NCBI GenBank assembly: GCA_963798085.1
Contig: CAWCRS010000008.1
Location: forward strand, 384,001-448,000
Reading direction: 5' to 3'
Source of the DNA: an uncultured Gemmatimonadales bacterium
Lineage (GTDB): Bacteria; Gemmatimonadota; Gemmatimonadetes; Longimicrobiales; RSA9
DNA length: 64,000 nucleotides
Part shown: positions 28,838 through 38,356 of the stretch, in pieces
How the letters are laid out: each line of letters opens with the position of its first letter
How positions within the stretch are numbered: the stretch's first letter is position 1
The notes under the pieces: model-generated
Seen by the model: only the letters and a program-made list of their open reading frames with translations
Databases searched by the model: none
Told to the model about the DNA's origin: nothing
Position numbers and translations under genes: made by a program

Positions 28838-30205
28838 ATGCAGAGCAGCCTTCTCAGGCTCCCGATTGATGCGGAGCTGCACGAATATCGCCTTTCCGAG
28901 GTCATCTCCGCGCTTTCGTACGCCCTCGATCTGACGGAAGGACAGCCGCCGGGGCACACGCTTCGGGCCACGGCCATCGGCATGCGTTTCGCCGATGAGC
29001 TGGGGATGACCGATGGCGCGCGCGCCTCGCTGTTCTACGCGCTGCTGCTCAAGGATGCCGGCTGTTCCGCGAATGCGGCGGACGTCGCGGACCATTTCGG
29101 TTCGGATGATCGGGTGCTCAAGCGCGACATGAGCACGATGAACTGGTCCAGCACACCGCAGTGCGCGGTATACGCGTGGCGCAACGCGGCCCGGGGCCGT
29201 TCGCTGCTCAGCCGGCTGCGCCACTTCACACGCATCGCATCACGCGGTCACGGGCTGGTGCGCGAGCTGCTGCGCGTGCGCTGCTCGCGCGGCGCCGACA
29301 TTGCCATGCGCCTCGGTTTCCCCGAGACGACGTCGGAAGCGGTGCGCTGTCTGGATGAGCACTGGGATGGCCGGGGTGGTCCTGTGGGCATGGCAGGCGA
29401 CGAGATTCCGCTGGCCGCACGCATCGCCAACCTGGCGCAGACTCTCGAAGTCTTCCTCACCGCGAAGGGTCCGGAAACCGCGCTCGCGGTGGTGCGCGCA
29501 CGCCGCGGCGCGTGGTTCGATCCCGCGCTGGTGGATCGCTGCCTCGACTGGCGGCGCGATCAGGCGTGGTGGAACGACCTGCTGGACGAAGAGCTGGCAG
29601 CGCGTGTGCAGGCGCTGGAGCCGAGCGAGCACGCGCGCATCCTCGATGACGCGGGACTCGAGCGCGTGGCCGAGGCTTTTGCGGAAATCATTGACGCCAA
29701 GAGTCCGTTCACGTGGCACCACTCGACCAATGTGGCGCACTTCGCCGTCGGTGTGGGCGACGAACTGGGCCTCGACCCACGTTCGCTCCGCCTGCTCAAG
29801 CGTGCCGGCCTGCTGCACGACGTGGGCAAGCTGGGCATCTCGAGCCGCATCCTGGACAAGGCGGCGCCGCTGACTGCGGAAGAGCGGGCCGAAGTGGAGC
29901 AGCACCCGCGCTTCACGTGGTCGATCCTGCGACGCGTGGGCTCGTTCCGCGAATTCGCGTGGACTGCGGCGCTGCACCACGAGCGCATCGATGGCTCGGG
30001 CTATCCGTGGGGTCTGGGTGGCGAGGATCTGGACGTGGAGGCGCGCACGCTGGCCATCGCCAATGTCTGGGAGGCCCTGACCGCTCGGCGGCCCTATCGG
30101 GACGGCCTGCCTGTCGAGGACGCGCTGCGCATCATCCGCAAGGATGTAACGCTGCGCTATGATAACCGCGTGTTCGAGGCGCTCGAATCCTGGGTGGGAT
30201 ACTGA
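28838..30205 (+). CDS. Tandem HD / HD-GYP domain protein
   Basis: SYALDLTEGQP, LLKDAGC, EHWDG; LHDVGK, HHERIDGSGYP, RPYR. Confidence 0.9.
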   Translation: MQSSLLRLPIDAELHEYRLSEVISALSYALDLTEGQPPGHTLRATAIGMRFADELGMTDGARASLFYALLLKDAGCSANAADVADHFGSDDRVLKRDMSTMNWSSTPQCAVYAWRNAARGRSLLSRLRHFTRIASRGHGLVRELLRVRCSRGADIAMRLGFPETTSEAVRCLDEHWDGRGGPVGMAGDEIPLAARIANLAQTLEVFLTAKGPETALAVVRARRGAWFDPALVDRCLDWRRDQAWWNDLLDEELAARVQALEPSEHARILDDAGLERVAEAFAEIIDAKSPFTWHHSTNVAHFAVGVGDELGLDPRSLRLLKRAGLLHDVGKLGISSRILDKAAPLTAEERAEVEQHPRFTWSILRRVGSFREFAWTAALHHERIDGSGYPWGLGGEDLDVEARTLAIANVWEALTARRPYRDGLPVEDALRIIRKDVTLRYDNRVFEALESWVGY

Positions 30206-30223
30206 CGCGGCGGGGAGCGCCGT

Positions 30224-30463
30224 TCAGTGAATCGTGTCCAGCGCCGCCGCTCGCTTTTCCGCCATACCCGCCACATCCAGCGCCTTGCCGACGGCCTGCG
30301 AGCCGGGCAGGCCGCTGCGCGCCACCACACTGTCCAGCTGACGTCGTGTAGGCCCGCCGCCAGCGGGCGCCGCGGCGGTAGCGGCTGCGGCCGGCCGGTC
30401 GACCGGCTGCGCGCACCCCGCCATCAGCAGTGTCAATCCGAGCAGCAGCATGCGATGCGACAT
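30224..30463 (-). CDS. Small lipoprotein
   Basis: MSHRMLLLGLTLLMAGC lipobox; GGAGG RBS. Confidence 0.65.
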   Translation of the reverse strand: MSHRMLLLGLTLLMAGCAQPVDRPAAAATAAAPAGGGPTRRQLDSVVARSGLPGSQAVGKALDVAGMAEKRAAALDTIH

Positions 30464-30712
30464 TGAAGCCTCCAGCGACGGGTCACGGGATCCTGCATCG
30501 AGTTTCGGTCCGGGTGCCGGGCACATTGAATGCCTGCGGCTTGCCGTTGCGCCCGCAAGAGACGAGCATCCGGTCGGGTCGGCGTAAGCGGGTCTTCCAG
30601 AACCGTTTTCTCGCGCCCGGGACGGGGCTGGGTCCGGGACTGAATTGCCCGGATGGATGTGGATATCCGTGCGCGACCAGCGCTACTCGAACACACAGAG
30701 GCTGAGCAGGGG

Positions 30713-31477
30713 ATGCTGACTGCGATCACGCGGGCGGTGAGCCGATCGCTGGCGGAATGCGAGCTGACCTGGCTCGAGCGCGTGCCCATCGACGTGGCGC
30801 TCGCCATGCGCCAGCACGACGCCTACGCGCAGGCGCTCGAGCGACAGGGACTGCGCGTACTGCGCATGCCGGCCGAGGATGGGCTGCCTGACGCCGTGTT
30901 CGTGGAGGACCCGCTGCTGGTGCTGGATGAAGTGGCGGTCGCGCTGCGCATGGGTGCAGTCAGCCGGCGCGCGGAGGTAGACTCGCTGCTGCCCGTGATC
31001 GGCGAGTACCGCGACGTCATACGCATGCAGCCGCCGGGCACGATCGATGGCGGCGACATCGTGCGCATCGGACGACAGCTGTTCGTGGGGCAGTCGAGCC
31101 GCAGTGATGCGCCGGGAACGGCGCAGCTGGCCGCCATCGTGGCGGGCTTCGGCTACACGGTGGTGCCCGTCGCCGTGCGCGGCTGCCTGCACCTCAAGTC
31201 GGGATGCACATCGCTGGGTGATCGCGTGCTGCTCAATGCCGGCTGGATCGATGCCTCGCCGTTTCAGTCATTCCACCCGCTGCACGTTCCCGCCAGCGAG
31301 CCGGCCGCCGCCGACGTGCTGACGCTGCCCCACACGCTGCTGCTGCCCGCATCCTTTCCGGCCACCGCGGAGCTGCTCCGCGCGACCGGCCATTCCGTGA
31401 CGACAGTGGATGTCTCGGAGCTGCAGAAGGCCGAGGCAGGTGTCACCTGCATGAGTGTGCTGTTCGACGCCAGCTGA
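30713..31477 (+). CDS. Dimethylarginine dimethylaminohydrolase (amidinotransferase family)
   Basis: PDAVFVED, DGGDI, LHLKSG, KAEAGVTCMS. Confidence 0.92.
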   Translation: MLTAITRAVSRSLAECELTWLERVPIDVALAMRQHDAYAQALERQGLRVLRMPAEDGLPDAVFVEDPLLVLDEVAVALRMGAVSRRAEVDSLLPVIGEYRDVIRMQPPGTIDGGDIVRIGRQLFVGQSSRSDAPGTAQLAAIVAGFGYTVVPVAVRGCLHLKSGCTSLGDRVLLNAGWIDASPFQSFHPLHVPASEPAAADVLTLPHTLLLPASFPATAELLRATGHSVTTVDVSELQKAEAGVTCMSVLFDAS

Positions 31478-31562
31478 GCGCACCACCGCGAACCGGCGAG
31501 ATCGCACGCGCCGGCTTCGCCGCGCCGGAACTAACAGTCTGTCAGGTGACGGCCCGCGCGCG

Positions 31563-33398
31563 TCAGCGTCCGGCGGTAGGTGACCGGCCCTCGAGGCGCA
31601 CGCCCAGATGGAAAGCCTGGCCGGCAGCGGGCAGCGCCGACACGTCCAGGTAGCTCGCATCCGTGAGGTTGGTGGCGTCGAGGTACAGCGTCACGCCGCG
31701 GCGCGTGTAGCCGAGTCGCGTGTCCAGCAGTGTGTAGGCGTGCTCCCCGACGCGCCGCGCGCGCCCCGCCCGCGCCCACAGCGACACGTGGCCGGGAAGC
31801 AGGAACGACGCCTCCGCGGATGCGGTTTCCGTGAGCGGCCGCAACGCGTACTTCGATGTCAGGCCGGATGTCTCGTCATCACTGAAGGAGAGTGTGGTGG
31901 CGCGCAGGGTCCAGTCGGCGCCCAGCAGCGCTGCCAGCGTGGTGCGCAGCTCGAGACCACGAAACGTCGCATTCTCGATGTTCGTCGTTTCCCATGGTGT
32001 TGTGGCACTGGCGCCGGCGGGCTTGCCCCAGTCGATCAGCCGGTCGGCGTGGCGCAGGAACGCCGCCAGGTCGATGCTGACCCGACGCTCGGGCGCCAGC
32101 GTGAAGCCGGCCTCGCCGCTCCAGAAGCGCTCCGGCTGCAGATCGGGATTGCCAATGTTCGCGGGATCGCGGTAGAAGCGCTCGGTCCAGGTGGGCGCGC
32201 GAAAGCCGCGTCCCGCGGACGCGCGCAGGCGCAGCGCCGGACGCACCCGCCATGCGCCCGCCACGGACGGTGACACGAATGAGCCGAACACGGAGTGCCA
32301 GTCCAGGCGGGCGCCCGTCGTGAGCACGGCGCGCGCGGGGTCGCCTGCCGTAAGCTCGCCGAACGCGGCAGCACGCGATTCATCCAGATGCCCCAGGCGC
32401 TCGCTGCGCAGAATCATGCGGTCCGCGCTGCCTCCCGCGGCCAGCCGCACGGCAGGCGAGGCCAGATAGCGCGCCACCACTTCCGAGGCCACACGCCAGT
32501 TGGTGTGCAGATTCTCGTAAACGGAAGGATCATTGCGCAGCAGGATGAAGTCGTCGTGATGGCGACGCAGGCTCAAACCCGGTGTTATGGAGAAGCGGCG
32601 GCTGGCCGGCGGCTGCCAGCGCAGCGACGCCGTGAGCGCGCGCGTTTCCTCGTACGAATCCCAGGGGCCGTAGAAATCGTTGGCGCCGAAATCGCGCGCG
32701 CCGTACCCGAGGTCGCCGCGCAGCTGGCCGCCGCCCACCGGCAGATCGCCGCCGCCACGCGCCAGACGGACGCGATAGTCGGTGCCCGCGCGATGGCCAT
32801 CGGAACGCGACCACGTGCCGCCGCCGTGCACCCGGGCGGAGCCCGCCTGCGCCGAGCCATCGCCTTCCACCAGTGCCGTGCCGAAGCTGCCGCCCTCCGC
32901 GTGCAGCCGCGAATTCGTCACCGGCGCGGTCACGATGTTGATGGTGCCACCCACCGCATCCGGCCCGTACAGCGCGGAGCCTTCACCGCGCATCACCTCA
33001 ATGCGCTCCACCGACTCGAGCGGCACGGCCAGATCCAGATCGAAATGCCCGGTCTGATCGTCGCTCACATTCACGCCATCCACCAGCACCACCACCTGCT
33101 CGAAGCTCGAGCCGCGCAGCGCCAGGTCCGCCAATGCAGGCGAGCGCGCGAGCACGTCGGCACCCGTGATCCACGCCAGCAGCTCGGGCACGGTGCGCGC
33201 AGGAATGCGCTGCAGCGCGGCCCGGTCCAGTACCTCGACACTGCGCGCCACCGCAGGCAGCGTGGCCAGCGTGCGCGTGCCCACGGCCACCTGCACCGTG
33301 TCGAGCACAATGCCTTTCTCCTGCGCGGCCAGTGTCCCGTGCGCCACCGTCGAGAACAGCAGAATCGCCAGCAGTCCGGGGGTGATTCGCTCGGTCAC
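31563..33398 (-). CDS. TonB-dependent receptor (BtuB-like size, substrate uncertain)
   Basis: LRGSSFEQVVVLVDGV, DQTGH, ERIEVMRG.GSALYGPDAVGGTINI, GNPDLQPE; AGAGGAG RBS. Confidence 0.88.
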   Translation of the reverse strand: MTERITPGLLAILLFSTVAHGTLAAQEKGIVLDTVQVAVGTRTLATLPAVARSVEVLDRAALQRIPARTVPELLAWITGADVLARSPALADLALRGSSFEQVVVLVDGVNVSDDQTGHFDLDLAVPLESVERIEVMRGEGSALYGPDAVGGTINIVTAPVTNSRLHAEGGSFGTALVEGDGSAQAGSARVHGGGTWSRSDGHRAGTDYRVRLARGGGDLPVGGGQLRGDLGYGARDFGANDFYGPWDSYEETRALTASLRWQPPASRRFSITPGLSLRRHHDDFILLRNDPSVYENLHTNWRVASEVVARYLASPAVRLAAGGSADRMILRSERLGHLDESRAAAFGELTAGDPARAVLTTGARLDWHSVFGSFVSPSVAGAWRVRPALRLRASAGRGFRAPTWTERFYRDPANIGNPDLQPERFWSGEAGFTLAPERRVSIDLAAFLRHADRLIDWGKPAGASATTPWETTNIENATFRGLELRTTLAALLGADWTLRATTLSFSDDETSGLTSKYALRPLTETASAEASFLLPGHVSLWARAGRARRVGEHAYTLLDTRLGYTRRGVTLYLDATNLTDASYLDVSALPAAGQAFHLGVRLEGRSPTAGR

Positions 33399-33493
33399 GT
33401 GCGCAGCTCCTCTGCGGTTTCGGGTGGCCGCCAAGCTGAACGCGCATGTTCGCGCCGTCAATGCGTGCGTCTACGGATTCATTCGGCTCTTGC

Positions 33494-33517
33494 GCATGTC
33501 ATGTTTACCTGACATGC
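33494..33517. promoter_or_regulatory. Palindromic operator, probably for the adjacent XRE regulator
   Basis: GCATGTCA-N8-TGACATGC in a divergent intergenic region. Confidence 0.55.
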
Positions 33518-33576
33518 TGTCCATCGGGCCTCACGGCGCCACAACGGAACAATGGCGGGAAAGGAAGGACCAGGCG

Positions 33577-34317
33577 ATGAAGACAGTGTTAGTCGCGAGT
33601 CTCGGTCTCAGCGTGGCCGCGGGAGCGCTGCGCGCGCAGGGCACGGAGCGGCCCACAGCCGACCAGGTGGTGGAGCGTGCGCTGACGGCGGCGGGCGGGC
33701 GTGCCGCGCTCGGCAAGCGCAAGTCGCTGCACATCGTGGCGGCGTTCGAGATCCCGGCGCAGGGGATAACCGGGACACTGGAGACGTGGCGGCGTCGCCC
33801 CAGCCTGTTTCGTTCGAAGCTGGTGATCCCGATGCTGGGCACGATCGAGAGCGGTTACGACGGCAAGGTGGGCTGGAGCCTGAATCCTTCGACGGGTGCG
33901 CGCGTGCTGGACGGTGCCGACCTGGCGTCGGCGGAGCAGGATGCGCTCTGGTCCGATGATCCGACGGCCACGCGCTCGCGCACATTCGTGGGGGACACGA
34001 CGTTCGACGGTCGTGCGTGCTGGGTGCTCAAGGTCGTGGTGAAGAGTGGCGAGGAGCGCACCAACTACTACGACAAGGAGACCGGTCTGGCCGCGGGCAG
34101 TGAGTTCACACGAACGACCGCCGCAGGTGCAGTGCCGGTGACCGTGGTGGTGAGCGACTACCGGGATGTGGGGGGCATTCGTCTGGCGTTCCGGAATGTG
34201 CAGCACCTTGCCGGCGCCGAACAGGTGATTACGGTGCAGCAGGCGGAGTTCGACGCGAATGCGGAAGCGGCCGTGTTCGAATTGCCGAAAGAGATCAAGG
34301 CGCTCGTCGCAAAATGA
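33577..34317 (+). CDS. Exported LolA-like / outer-membrane lipoprotein-sorting-like protein
   Basis: Signal peptide (LRA|Q), AAGGRAAL, GYDGKVGW, YYDKETGL, SDYRDVGG. Confidence 0.7.
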   Translation: MKTVLVASLGLSVAAGALRAQGTERPTADQVVERALTAAGGRAALGKRKSLHIVAAFEIPAQGITGTLETWRRRPSLFRSKLVIPMLGTIESGYDGKVGWSLNPSTGARVLDGADLASAEQDALWSDDPTATRSRTFVGDTTFDGRACWVLKVVVKSGEERTNYYDKETGLAAGSEFTRTTAAGAVPVTVVVSDYRDVGGIRLAFRNVQHLAGAEQVITVQQAEFDANAEAAVFELPKEIKALVAK

Positions 34318-34517
34318 TGAAGAACCGGCTGCGCGTGCTGCGGGCGGAACGGAGCTGGTCGCAGGCGGAGCTGGGCATTCGCGTCGGTGTTTCGCGGCAG
34401 GCGATCAATGCCATTGAAACGGGCAGGTTTGCGCCCAGCCTGCCGCTCGCGCTGAGGCTGGCGGACCTGTTCCGCTGCCACGTGGAGGAGCTTTTCGAAC
34501 TGGAAAAAGGGGAGTAG
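34314..34517 (+). CDS. XRE/Cro HTH transcriptional regulator
   Basis: MKNRLRVLRAERSWSQAELG...VSRQAINAIETGRFAPSLPLA. Confidence 0.93.
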   Translation: MMKNRLRVLRAERSWSQAELGIRVGVSRQAINAIETGRFAPSLPLALRLADLFRCHVEELFELEKGE

Positions 34518-34770
34518 TGGGAGGCGTGGCCGGGCTGGAAATCCCCGCCGCGCTATGCGAATCGCCGCGTGGCCGGTTGTGCAAGTGACGCAGGCCCATG
34601 CGAATGCAGGGGCGCGATCCTTCTGCGCACTGTGGGGTACATCATTGTACGCATTTCGCGGGGTGCCAGCGGCACCGTACTGCTTCGCCGCCTCCCGCTT
34701 TCTCCTGATCGGCGCTTGCCGGACGCCGAGATGCGCAGCCGGTGGGCGCGTGACCCACGAAGGGAGACGC

Positions 34771-34959
34771 ATGTCCAGAAATATCTACGAAGTAGTTCCG
34801 TCGGGCGAATCCTGGCTTCTGCGCGAGCACGGCAGCAAGAAGGGTCGCGTTTTCGCGACGAAGGTCGAAGCGGTGGAGCGTGGCCGCGTGGAGTGCAGCA
34901 ATCACCGGCCCAGCACGCTGCGCATCGCGCGTGACCCGGAGCCTCGCCGCGGCAAGTAG
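34771..34959 (+). CDS. DUF2188-like small protein
   Basis: YEVVPSGESW...FATKVEAVERGR...STLRI; GGGAG RBS. Confidence 0.7.
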   Translation: MSRNIYEVVPSGESWLLREHGSKKGRVFATKVEAVERGRVECSNHRPSTLRIARDPEPRRGK

Positions 34960-35352
34960 GCGCCGCCGCCGCAGAGGTTCGGTGGGCGCAGCATTCGAGC
35001 AGGGAAGCCTCGACAGGATGTGGTGAGGGCAGGGCCGGGTGGAAACAGGAGAGTTAGCAGGCCTGCGCCAGAACGTCGCGTGAATGGCGCGACTCGCGCA
35101 ACCGCGATCGCGGCGCAGGCCATTCGCTGGGCGAGCCAGCCGGTTATCGGATGCGCCGGGAGTGGATCGGGAGATCCGCTTCCGGCGCATTCGCATTGGG
35201 CGCCGGTGCGGTCATGGCGAGCTTGACGGCGCGCGGCCTGCGCGCCTATCTGATGAGACCAGCCATTGCGCGGGGCAGTGTGCTGACCCGGCATGCGGGC
35301 GAATTCGTCGGACGCCGCGCCTCGTGCGGCCATGATCGGGAAAGGTGACGGC

Positions 35353-35925
35353 ATGGCGCTTCTGTCTGACCGGAGCCTGAGGTCGCTGCTGCATGCGGGC
35401 GTGCGTGGCCTCGGTGCCGGCGCGCTGGCGGCCGCACTGCTGCTGGGCGGCAGGCCAGCTGCCGCACAAACCACGACGGTGATCCTGGTGCGCCACGCGG
35501 AGCCCGAGACCGGCTCGCAGGATCCGGGACTCAGCGCCGCGGGTCACGCCCGCGCTGATTCGCTGCTTGCCGCCGTGCATGCTGCCGGCATTTCCGCCAT
35601 CTACCACACACAATACCGGCGCACGCGCGAGACGGCGCAGGCGGTAGCTGACGGCCTGCACCTTGCGCTCACGGACTTCCCGGTGCGCGCAGGGCAGACA
35701 GCCACGCAGCACGCGGCCGATCTCGCTGCCGACATTCTGGCGAAACACGCGGGACAGACCGTTCTGGTTGTGGGTCACAGCAACACAGTACCGTTGATTG
35801 CGGCCGCGCTGGGTGTCGTGGATCCGCCGTCGATCAGCGAGCGCGAGTTCGACGCGTTCTTCGTCGCCATCAAGGATGGGACGCAGCCGGCTCGACTGCT
35901 GCACAGTCGTTATGGCGTGCGCTGA
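35353..35925 (+). CDS. Exported histidine phosphatase (SixA/PGM-like)
   Basis: Signal peptide, ILVRHAE, RTRETA, VVGHSNTVP. Confidence 0.85.
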   Translation: MALLSDRSLRSLLHAGVRGLGAGALAAALLLGGRPAAAQTTTVILVRHAEPETGSQDPGLSAAGHARADSLLAAVHAAGISAIYHTQYRRTRETAQAVADGLHLALTDFPVRAGQTATQHAADLAADILAKHAGQTVLVVGHSNTVPLIAAALGVVDPPSISEREFDAFFVAIKDGTQPARLLHSRYGVR

Positions 35926-36011
35926 GGCTCTGTCAGCGATGCGTCGTTGCGCGGGCGCGGGCTGTTCCGCAGCGTGCCGCGATCTCTGCGACTCTGACAG
36001 GAAGTGAGCGC

Positions 36012-38291
36012 ATGAGCGTAACCCCCGGCTTTTCTGTCGCGGTGTGGGCCGCCGCCGCCGTCAGCACGGTCCTGCTCACGAGTACGCCCATCCGTGCGCA
36101 GGAACCCGCCGCGTTGCGTGATTCATTGCGCACGGTAGTCGACACCGCTGCGTTGCGTTCGCGGCTGGCATCCTCGCCTGCGCGCACGGCCTCCGAGTTT
36201 GTGACGCGCGGCCTCATCGCGTTCCGCAGGTGGGAGCTGACGCACACCGCTGACGACCTGGACGCGGCGAAGCACGAATTCGAGCGCGCGCGCGACAAGG
36301 ATGGCAAGAACGTGTGGGCTGTCTACGGCGTGGGACTCTGTGTCGCGCGCAGTCCGAAGGTCCGATCGAACGGACCCACGCTGGTGCGCACGGGTCGCTC
36401 GCTTTCGAAAGAGCTGAAGATCGACGATTTCGCGGATGCGCGCCGAGCCATGGAGCGCGCGCTGAAGCTGGATGCGCATTTCGCGCCGGCCGCGATCGTG
36501 CTGGCGCAGCTCGCGGTAAAGGAGCGCGACCGCGACCAGCTCTACAAGGCGATGGACGCGCTCCGGCCCATCGCCATGGACCCCGCGGGTCCCGAGGATG
36601 CGAAGCTCGCGTTCGCGCAGGTGTACCTCGCGATGGGCGAAACGCGCGCTGCGGGCAATGTGGCGGGGCCGCTCGCGAGCCCGCCCGATGCATTGGCGGA
36701 AGCAAAGCACACCTTCGCCGTGGCACTGTTGAACTCGCCGGGCGATGAAGCGAAGGGCGCCGCGATGTACTTCCAGACGGTGGCGTCCATGACGCCGGCG
36801 GTGGAAGCGAAGCTGTTCGAGGAAGTGCGCTACATTGCCACGCCGCGTGAGCTGGCGGCGTGGGATTCGGCGGGCTATGCGCAGCGTCAGCTCTGGTTCC
36901 GCGACTTCTGGGAAATGCGCGCGGGCCTGTCCGGCGTGACGCTCGCCGAGCGCCTGGCAGAGCATTATCGGCGGCTGAGCACGGCGCTGGACCGCTATGC
37001 GCGTGTCAGCGACGGACCGCAGCCGGGCTACACGCTCGAGGACAAGCGCGATCCTGCGCCGCTCGACGATCGCGGCGTCATCTACCTGCGCCACGGCGAG
37101 CCCTTCCGCGTGATCAGCACGAAGGACTATCCGATGCGCACCAGCGCCTGCCAGATCTTTCTGCCGAAGCGAGGCACGAGAGTCTCTGGCGACACCTCGC
37201 GGCAGCGCGGGCAGAAGTGGGAGGCCGGCGAAGCGGAAGGCACCGCACTGGAAAACGAGTCCTGGGTCTACGTGAACCTGGACGGCGGCTATGAGATGTA
37301 CAACTTCTTCCGCTGCGACGGTCTTCCCGACTGGGTCATCCCGTACGACATCCCGTGCGATGCCGGACAGGTGCCGCTCTACGTCAACGACCGTCAGTAC
37401 TTCGAGAGCGAGATCCGCAACTGCGGGCACAACACCCGTGAGCGCATCCGCGAGTACGCACGCGAGGCCCTGCACTCGGACACGTACGCGCCCACGTTCT
37501 CACGCAAGGTGCCGGTCATCTTCGACCTGCTCGCGTTCCGCGGTGAGAACGGGCGCACGGACCTGACCACGCCGCTCGTCATCTCCGCCGATTCGCTGCA
37601 GCCGGATCGCGGCACGGACAATCAATACCGTGTAGGACTCACGGTCACGATCGTGGACACGGCCACGCGGCGGGTGGCGCGCAGCGAGACGAACTTCCTG
37701 GCGCGCACCACGGCGAGGGCCAATGGCGGCAGCTGGTTCGACACGTTCGTGCAGCTCTCCGCCCTGCCCACGAAGCGGGCGGAGCTGCGCATTGTGGTGA
37801 AGAACAGCGTCGCTTCCGACGGCAGTTTCTTCGGCTCGCCCATCAGCGTGCCCGACTACGGCGGCGACTCGCTCATGGTGAGCAGCATTGTGCTGGCGCT
37901 CCCCGTGGATGGCGGCAACTGGCGGCGAGGTAACACGACATTGCGGCTCATGCCGTACGGCGAGTACGCGGGCGGCGAGTTCCGCGCCTACTACGAGATC
38001 TACAACCTGCCCGAGAACCAGCCTTACAGTACGGAGCTGGTGGTGGAGCCGTGGCGCCAGGGCGCGAACGATCCCTTGCGGCCGCCGCCGGGCACGCCCA
38101 CCATCCGGCTGCAGTTCAACGGCCAGGCGCAGCGCGAGGCGGATGGTGCGGTGCGCGAGCTGCGCTCGGTGGAGAGCCACCTGCCGGCCGGCCGCTATCG
38201 TGTGACCGTGACCATAGTGGATCAGGTTACGGGCAAACGGGCCTCGAGCTGGCGCGCTTTCGTGGTGCCGCCGGCAGCAGGTGGCCGCTGA
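36012..38291 (+). CDS. Exported TPR + GWxTD-domain protein
   Basis: Signal peptide, TPR helices, FRDFW...EHYRRL...DDRGVIYLRHGEP...NESWVY; C-terminal Ig-like LPAGRYRVTV. Confidence 0.78.
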   Translation: MSVTPGFSVAVWAAAAVSTVLLTSTPIRAQEPAALRDSLRTVVDTAALRSRLASSPARTASEFVTRGLIAFRRWELTHTADDLDAAKHEFERARDKDGKNVWAVYGVGLCVARSPKVRSNGPTLVRTGRSLSKELKIDDFADARRAMERALKLDAHFAPAAIVLAQLAVKERDRDQLYKAMDALRPIAMDPAGPEDAKLAFAQVYLAMGETRAAGNVAGPLASPPDALAEAKHTFAVALLNSPGDEAKGAAMYFQTVASMTPAVEAKLFEEVRYIATPRELAAWDSAGYAQRQLWFRDFWEMRAGLSGVTLAERLAEHYRRLSTALDRYARVSDGPQPGYTLEDKRDPAPLDDRGVIYLRHGEPFRVISTKDYPMRTSACQIFLPKRGTRVSGDTSRQRGQKWEAGEAEGTALENESWVYVNLDGGYEMYNFFRCDGLPDWVIPYDIPCDAGQVPLYVNDRQYFESEIRNCGHNTRERIREYAREALHSDTYAPTFSRKVPVIFDLLAFRGENGRTDLTTPLVISADSLQPDRGTDNQYRVGLTVTIVDTATRRVARSETNFLARTTARANGGSWFDTFVQLSALPTKRAELRIVVKNSVASDGSFFGSPISVPDYGGDSLMVSSIVLALPVDGGNWRRGNTTLRLMPYGEYAGGEFRAYYEIYNLPENQPYSTELVVEPWRQGANDPLRPPPGTPTIRLQFNGQAQREADGAVRELRSVESHLPAGRYRVTVTIVDQVTGKRASSWRAFVVPPAAGGR

Positions 38292-38356
38292 TTCGGGCAG
38301 CCCGCGGCCGCCGCGGGCGACCTTAACATACCGTTAGAGAGAGACCCGGAGCAGGG

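Noticed and set aside
34960..35340. Short ORFs or structured RNA
   Set aside because: No family motif and no convincing long stem found
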